Under the pieces are notes generated by a model. That model saw only the letters and a list, made by a program, of their open reading frames with translations, had not been told where the DNA came from and searched no databases. DNA of 64,000 bases, taken from assembly GCA_964016885.1 (NCBI GenBank), contig OZ024746.1, positions 36,890,001 to 36,954,000 on the forward strand, read 5' to 3'. Below are positions 56,600 through 64,000 of this stretch, in pieces. Origin of the DNA: Eledone cirrhosa. Lineage: Eukaryota. A program made the translations under genes and the position numbers. Numbering within the stretch: the first letter of the stretch is position 1; every line of letters starts with the position of its first letter.

Positions 56600-59500
56600 T
56601 AATAATAATAGAAATTAGAACGCAATAAGCCTGACCTGGTCGTTTTGGACACGGAAAAAATCGTGCCTGATTGTAGATGTAGCCTGCCCATTTAACACGA
56701 GAGTGCAAACATAGGAGAGGGAGAAAATTAACCGATACCAGGACTTAAAGTGTGAGCTAAAAAGGATTTGGAACTGTCATGACGTCAAGGTCGCCCCGAT
56801 TGTCATAGGCGCACTAGGTACTATCTCAAGAGTTTCCAAGGATGGTTAAAGAGAGTTAGTCCAGCTCCGCTTTTTGGAACACTTCAGAAGTCCTGTTTGC
56901 TGGGAACAACAAGAACCCTCCAATACGTCCTGAATATCTGAGGCTTCAGGTAGCGGCTTTATATTCATTACAACAAACTTTCCAGTTGAATAACATCAAT
57001 GACTGAGACTCAATAATTATAATAATAATAATTGATGCCTGGTGAGTACCAGAGTGGTTGACAAAAGGTACCACAGTTCTAGTAATGAACGACCGTATCA
57101 AGGGTAATGATGTTACCAACTATAGACCTATCACGTGTCTGTCCGTAATGTGGAAACTGTTGACAAGCATTGTGTCTAAGGAAATCTACCATCACCTCCA
57201 CACAAACAACTTGTTACCGGACGAACAGAAACGATGCCGAAAGAAGTCCCGTGGTACAAAGAACCAGTTACTTATTGATGAGATGGTAATGAGGAATTGC
57301 AAGAGGAGACACTGTCTTGCCATGGGATGGATAGACTACAAAAAGGCATTTGACATGGTGCCCCATCCTTGTATCACCAAAATCCTAGAGATCTTCAAGG
57401 TGGCAGATAGCATCAGACAGTTGTTGGCCAAAAGTATGAAGTCCTGGAAAATCCTTGGGAGGCGTGAAGATCAAGAGAAGTATCTTCAAGGGAGATAGTC
57501 TGTCCCCTCTGTTGCTTGTCCTTGCCATGATACCCCTGATGCCCCTGACCATTATACTGCGAAAAGTGAGAGCAGGATACAAGTTGGAAAAGGGAGAGCT
57601 TACCATCAATCACCTCCTCTTCATGGACGATCTTAAGCTCTTCGGGAATATTGAGAAGGAGTTGGATGTGCTTGTTGACACTGTCCGTATTTTCCGCAAT
57701 GATATATGTATGCCATTTGGTATTAGTAAGTGTAGAGTCCTTGTGATGAAGAGGGGTAAATTGAGCAGAAGCAACGGAATCCTGGTACCAACAAGTGAGA
57801 TGATAAAGGAAATTGACACTGAAGAAGTATACAAGTATTTGGGTATTCTGGAGGCTGATGACATCAAGAAAAAATAAAAGAAAGAATTGATAAGATCTGA
57901 ATACATTCGCAGTGTAATGAGCGTATTAAAGTCACATATGAAGAGTAGGTATGCCATAAGTGCAGTAAATTCCCGAGCTGTGTCTATTATTAGGTACAGT
58001 GCGGGAATTCTGAGATGGAATGTTGCGGAACAAAAAGAAATGGATAGGGAGACTAGGAAGCTATTGACTACCATACAACATTTTCCACAAGAGGAGTGAT
58101 GTCGATAGACTCTACTTAAGGAGATCTGAAGGTGGAAGAGGTCTTATCAGCATAGAGGACTGTGTTCAGATGGAGAAAAAGACCTACACAAATACGTAAC
58201 CGATAGTAACGAGCCAATGCTCAGAATTGTACTGAAGGAGAGGAAAATAGACCAGGGGATGTCCAAGGAGGATTTAACAACGAGGAGTAAGAGCAACATT
58301 CATGAAAGATCCCGTCATAGTACCTTCTTTGAGAAAACTGAATCAGAGATCCACGGATATGGAACTGGTTGAGAAGAGGAGGCCTCAAAAAGGCTACAGA
58401 AGGAATGCTAATGGCTGCGCAGGAGCAAGCCCTCAAAATGAAGTGGTTGAAACACCATATTTACAAGGAGGAGGCTATACCACTGTCCAGGATCTGTGGA
58501 GAGAAAGAGGAGACTGTGGCTCACATGGTATCCGAGTGTACACACCTAGCGAAGACTCAGTATAAAGGCTGGAGACATGATGTAATGGGCAGGGTGATCC
58601 ACTGGTACCTATGCAAAGTAAACAATTTACCACATTCTGAGAAGTGCTATGAGCATAAGCCAGAGTCGGTGATTATAAACAATCAGGTGAAGGTGCTATG
58701 GGATTTTAGGATACAGACGGACAAGAAACTGGAACACAATAGAACTGACCTGGTGGTTTTGGACAAGGAAAGAAGCTCGTGCCTGATTGTGGATGTGGCC
58801 TTCCCATTCAACACGAGTTGCAAGAGAAGGAGAGGGAGAAAATTAACCGATGCCAGGACTTAAAGTGGGAGGTAAAAAGGATTTGGAACTGCCATGAAGT
58901 CAACGTGGTCCCGATTGTCATAGGCGCACTAGGTACTATCTCAAAAAGTTTCCAGGGATGGTTAAAGAAAATTGGCCCTCCCCCGCTTTTTGGAACTCTT
59001 CAAAAGGCATGCTTGCTGGTAACAGCAAGAACTCTCCGATACGTCCTGAATATCTGAGGCTGCAGGTAGTGAGTTGATATTCATTTCAATAAAATTTCCA
59101 GTTTACTAACATCAATGACTGAGTCTCAAAGAATAACAATAATAATAATAATAAATGTTTGTCCTTGTTAGTCCTTGCCCTGATACCCCTGACCATTATA
59201 CTGCAAAAAGTGAGAGCAGGACACAAGTAGGGAAAAGGAGGGAGTACCATCAACTACCTCCTCTTCATGGACGATCTTAAACTTTTGGGGAAGAGTGAGG
59301 AGTTGGATGTACTTGTTGACACTGTTCATATTTTCAGCAATTATATATGTATGCAATTTCGTATTAATAAGTGTGGATTCCGAGTGATGAGGAGGGGTAA
59401 ATTGAGCAGAAGCAACGGAATCCAGGTAACAACAGGTGAGATGATAAAGGAAATTGACACTGAAGAAGTATACATGTATTTGGGTATTCTGGTGGCTGAT

Positions 59501-61825
59501 GACATCAAGAACGAACAAAATGAAGGAATTGCTAAGATCTGAATACATTCGCAGTGTAAGGAGCGTATTAAAGTCACATATGAAGAGTAGGAATGCCATA
59601 AGTGCAGTAAATTCCCGAGCTGTGTCTATTATTAGGTACAGTGCGGGAATTCTGAGGTGGAATGTTGCGAAACAAAAAGAAATAGATAGGGTGACTAGTA
59701 AGCTATTGATTATCTACACCATTTTCCACAAGAGGATTGATGTCGATAGACTCTACTTAAGGAGATCTGAAGGTGGAAGAGGTCTTATCAGCATAGAGGA
59801 CTGTGTTCAGATGGAGAAAAACAACCTACACAAATACGTAACCGATAGTAACGAGCCAATGCTCAGAATTGTACTGAAGGAGAGGACAATAGACCAGGGG
59901 ATGTCCAAGGGGGAATTAACAACGAGGAGTAAGAGCAACATTCATGAAAGATCCCTTCACAGTACCTTCTTTGAGAAAACTGAAATCAGAGATCCACGGA
60001 TATGGAACTGGTTGAGAAGAGGAGGCCTTAAAAAGGCTACAGAAGGAATGCTAATGGCTGCGCAGGAGCAAGCCCTCAAAATGAAGTGGTTGAAATACCA
60101 TATTTACAAGGAGGAGGCTAGACCACTGTCCAGTATCTGTGGAGAGAGAGAGGAGACTGTGGCTCACATGGTATCCGAGTGTAAACACCTAGCGAAGACT
60201 CACTATAAAGGCTGGAGACATGATGTAATGGGCAGGGTGATCCACTGGCACCTATGCAAAGTAAACAATTTACCACATTCTGAGAAGTGGTATGAGCATA
60301 AGCCAGAGTCGGTGATTATAAACAATCAGGTGAAGGTGCTATGGGATTTTAGGATACAGACGGACAAGAAACTGGAACACAATAGAACTGACCTGGTAGT
60401 TTTGGACAAGGAAAGAAGATCGTGCCTGATTGTGGATGTGGCCTTCCCATTCGACACGAGAGTGCAAAAGAAGGAGAGGGAGAAGATTAACCGATACCAG
60501 GACTTAAAGTGGGAGGTAAAATGCATTTGGAACTGCCATGAAGTCAAAGTGGTCCCGATTGTCATAGGCGCACTATGTACTATCTCAAAAAGTTTCCAGG
60601 GATGGTTAAAGAAAATTGGCCCTCCCCCGCTTTTTGGAACTCTTCAGCAATATATATGTATGCAATTTCGTATTAATAAGTGTGGACTCCGAGTGATGAG
60701 GAGGGGTAAATTGAGCAGAAGCAACGGAATCCAGGTAACAACAGGTGAGATGATAAAGGAAATGGACACTGAAGAAGGATGCAAATATGTAGGTATTCTT
60801 GAGGCAGATGACATCAAGAACAAAAAAATTAAGGAATTGATAAGATATGAGTATATTAGGAGAGTAAGGAGCGTATTAAAATCACGTCTACATAGTAGGA
60901 ATGTCAAAAGTGCAGGGAATTCCCGAGCTGTGTCTATGATTAGGTACAGTGCGGGAATTCTGAAATGGAATGTTGATGAACAAAAAGAAATTAATAGGAT
61001 GACTAGGATGCTATTGACTATCTACAACATGTTCCACAAGAGGGGTGATGTCGATAGACTCTACTTAAAGAGATCTGAAGGTGGAAGGGGTCTTATCAGC
61101 AGAGAGGACTGTGCTCAGATGGAGAAAAACAACCTGCACAAATACGTGACCGAATTCAGGGAGCCAATGCTCAGAATTGTACTGAAGGAGAAGACAATAG
61201 ACAAGGGGATGTCCAAGGAGGAAATAACAACGAGGGGGAAGACCAACCTTCATGAAACATCCCTTCATGATACCTTCTTTGAGAAAACTGAATTTACAGA
61301 TCCACAGATATGGAACTGCTTGGAACGAGGAGACCATAAAAATGCTATAGAAAGAATGCTAATGGCTGCGCAAGAGCAGGCACTCAAAACGAAGTGGGTG
61401 AAACACCATCTTTACAAGGAGGAGGCAAGCCCACTGTGTAGAATCTGTGGAGAGAGAGAGGAGACTGTGGCTCACATTGTATCCGAGTGTAAACACCTAT
61501 CCCAGACTCACTATAAAGACTGGAGCCATGATGTGAAGGGCAGTGGGATCCACTGGCACCTATGCAAGTTAAACAATTTACCACGTTCTGAGAAGTGGTA
61601 TGAGCATAAGCCAGAGTCGGTGATGGAAAACGATTAGGTGAATGTCATGTGGGATTTTAGGATACAGACGCATAAGAAACTGGAACACAATAGGCCTGAC
61701 CTGGTGGTTTTGGACAAGGATAAAAGATCTTGCCTGATTGTTGATGTAGCCTGCCCATTCATGTAAACACACTTTCCAGTTAAATAACATCAATGACTGA
61801 GACTCAAAGAACAATAATAATAATA
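56600..61825 (+). mobile_element. Tandem array of Dong/R4-clade RLE LINEs (family 2): 56600-57030, 57040-59150, 59155-60645, 60646-61825
   Basis: RT motifs NYRPITCL, WIDYKKAFDMVPH, IFKGDSLSPLL and HLLFMDDLKL. Zinc knuckle CRICGEREETVAHIVSEC. RLE VLWDFRIQTD...R(P/T)DLVVLDK...CLIVDVA.P. Most units end in GACTGAG.CTCAA + (TAA)n. Confidence 0.95.
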
Positions 61826-61829
61826 ACTA

Positions 61830-61897
61830 TCATTCTACTTTAGACACAAGGCCAGCAATTACTCAGTGCATTACTGGTACTTTATTTCATCGACCCC

Positions 61898-61900
<3 letters not shown>
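61830..61900 (-). mobile_element. 3' fragment of Nin/Deu-type SINE
   Basis: ACAAGGCCAGCAATTACTCAGTGCATTACTGGTACTTTATTTCATCGACCCCGTA. Confidence 0.85.
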
Positions 61901-61930
<30 letters not shown>

Positions 61931-64000
61931 TTTTCTTTATTAACCACAAGGGTTCACATAAAGTAGACATTAAGGACAGTACAGGACAATACAGGATGGT
62001 ACAAATGGGCATTTCTGCGTGTAAAAAAAAAACAGAGGTTGAAATAAAATAACAAAGAAAAATTCCCCAATAGGGGGGAGACTTCCAAGGGACATTTGTG
62101 GAGAAAGCCCATTAAAAGACCACAGTGGCCCTGACCACCAGGGCAAGTGCCCTCTCCCCGTTTTCCACCTTTAATTTACAGACACATACTCAGAGAAGGC
62201 CCATTCATTCGGGCCATACTTGCTTCTCTCACCCATCTTTCAACAAAATGCTGGGAAGAGAGCACTCCCTCTCTACCCTGACTTTCCTTTTCAAATGAAA
62301 TTTGAAAAAGTTAATCAGGGCATCACCGAAGAGGTAAGTGCTCGTCTTCAGCCCTTTCAAACGTGTCCACCATACTATCTCTTTCGCCATGGCCACCAGA
62401 CAGATAAAAACTGCCTGCCCTTCCAGGCTAAAGGAAGGGGGCGGGGAAATCCTCACGATGGACTCAGCTGATAGCTGGATAGGTCCTACACGTGACAGCA
62501 GGTGTTCGACATAAACCCACAAGTCAGCAATGCTCGGACACTGGACGAGTGCGTGCAGGACGGTTTCGTCGCCCTGCGCGCATCTCGGACATGCCCGGCT
62601 GACGGCACCTCCATGCCTGTAGAGTTTATCCCGAACTGGCAAAGCTCCTCGGTAGCACTGCCAGGCCAGGGATTTCTGGAAGTTGTCCATAGGCCCCGGC
62701 CCAAAAGTCCTTCCGAAGCGATTGGCTAGTTGATTTTCGTCGACGCCTAGAGTTTCTCCAAGTACGTCGTCGCTCTTCCCCTCCACTAATCCTCCTATAG
62801 AACGCCAAGGTGGAGTTTCCACCGATCACATTGCCCGATTGGTCGAGGGCTGTGAGCGCCTGAAGACATTCCAGTCTCCAAGCGCTCCCTCTCGGTCTTC
62901 GCTTGACCCAGGACTGCAGCTCCGTCAAGGAGACGAGCTGGGGAAAAACGTGTCTTGCAAACGGCGACCACACCTGATCACCGTCGAGGAAGAGGTGGAG
63001 ATGTCGTAGCCTGAGCGCGTGTCTGCGCATCATCAGCCACGGCATGCCCAGCCCTCCACGTAGCGGGTGTTGACAGCAGATGGACCGCCTGACCATCGGA
63101 GCGCGTCCCTTCCACAAGAAGCGAAAGAGCAAACGCTCCAACGCAGTCAGGCGGGGCTTAGGACAAGGTACGACGGTCAGGCGGTAGTAGATGACGGATG
63201 CGATGTACGCATTCGCCACCTCCGCTCGACCTTTCAGGGATAGCTTCCTCTCGGCCCATTTCTGGGTGAGAGAAGCCACCCTGCTCGTCACCTCGTCCCA
63301 GTTTTTGTCCGTCTGGAGGTCTGGACCGAACCAGACCCCTAGCAATTTAACCGGTCCGTCCGTCCAGCGCCCGACGACGCTGTTGGACGGCATGGACCTG
63401 CCTCTCCAGGTGCCGAGCTGCAGGCCCACTGACTTTTCCTGGTTGATCATTGCTCCTGTCACCGCTTCGTATTCTCTTAGTGTAGTGCCGATCGCCTCGA
63501 TGTGTTTGGCGTTCGACACCACTACGGTGACATCGTCGGCATATGCTGACACGGATCTTCCGCATCCTAGTTCGCGCGGGACCCCCCTCAACGTCTCCAG
63601 TTTGTGCAGTAATGGCTCGAGAGTCAATACGTACAATAGGGACGAGAGGGGACATCCTTGGCGGACCGAGCGCATGATGTTGAACGGTTCCGAAAGGTGA
63701 ACGTTCACTCTCACTACAGAGCAGATGTCGCTGTGCATGGCAGCGATCCAGCCTCTGAAGACGGGCCCAAAGCCAGCCGCCCTCAGGACTGCCGCTAGGT
63801 AACGATGGTCGACCCTATCGAAGGCTTTCGACTGATCTAAATTGATCAAAGACCCACCCGTGCCAGGTTCCCTAGCTACCCTCTCTACGATGTATCGCAT
63901 GAGGTGGAGATTGTCGTGGATGGATCTGTCGGGAATGGCGCATGTCTGTGCCTCTCCCACCAGACCACCAACGACAAGCGCCAACCTCTTTGCTAGCACC
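61931..64000 (-). mobile_element. Tx1/L1-clade LINE, RT to 3' end (continues beyond the window)
   Basis: ORF 62626-63999: LDQSKAFDRVDH, VRQGCPLSSLLY, YADD. ORF 62229-62822: CPRC...ETVLHALVQC. AATAAA then (ATT)n at the 3' end. Same family as 7063-9405. Confidence 0.95.

Noticed and set aside
63191-63700. Antisense ORFs within the Tx1, CRE and Dong elements (also 8323-8676 and 57610-58074)
   Set aside because: These are shadow frames of GC-richer TE coding sequence with no independent motifs.

Overview
This is eukaryotic, AT-rich, microsatellite-saturated DNA. Its SINE families resemble those I recall from Octopus/coleoid cephalopods (inference). I see no intact host gene, and most ORF-track entries are (TA)n/(CA)n artefacts. 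Recognisable mobile elements are an internally deleted Helitron with both termini (2026-3850), two Tx1/L1-like LINEs, three CRE-like RLE fragments, a tandem cluster of Dong/R4-like RLE LINEs in (TAA)n (55370-61825), a pogo/Tigger-like MITE, about 12 tRNA-derived SINEs and many Penelope-like (PLE) remnants. Two patterns go beyond this inventory. (1) Roughly ten hammerhead-ribozyme-like motifs occur, many of them in fold-back cassettes (inverted arms plus a one-sided tail) embedded in (TA)n. (2) The 'unique' DNA between the repeats reads as heavily decayed, closely packed coding sequence on both strands. It includes splice-site-bounded segments, a three-copy paralogue family and a broken RecQ-like SF2 helicase (motifs I-VI in order, about 43865-45270, minus strand). 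This suggests a fossil gene-dense element, possibly an endogenised large DNA virus, but that is a hypothesis only. All translations outside the supplied ORF track were done by eye and need computational confirmation.
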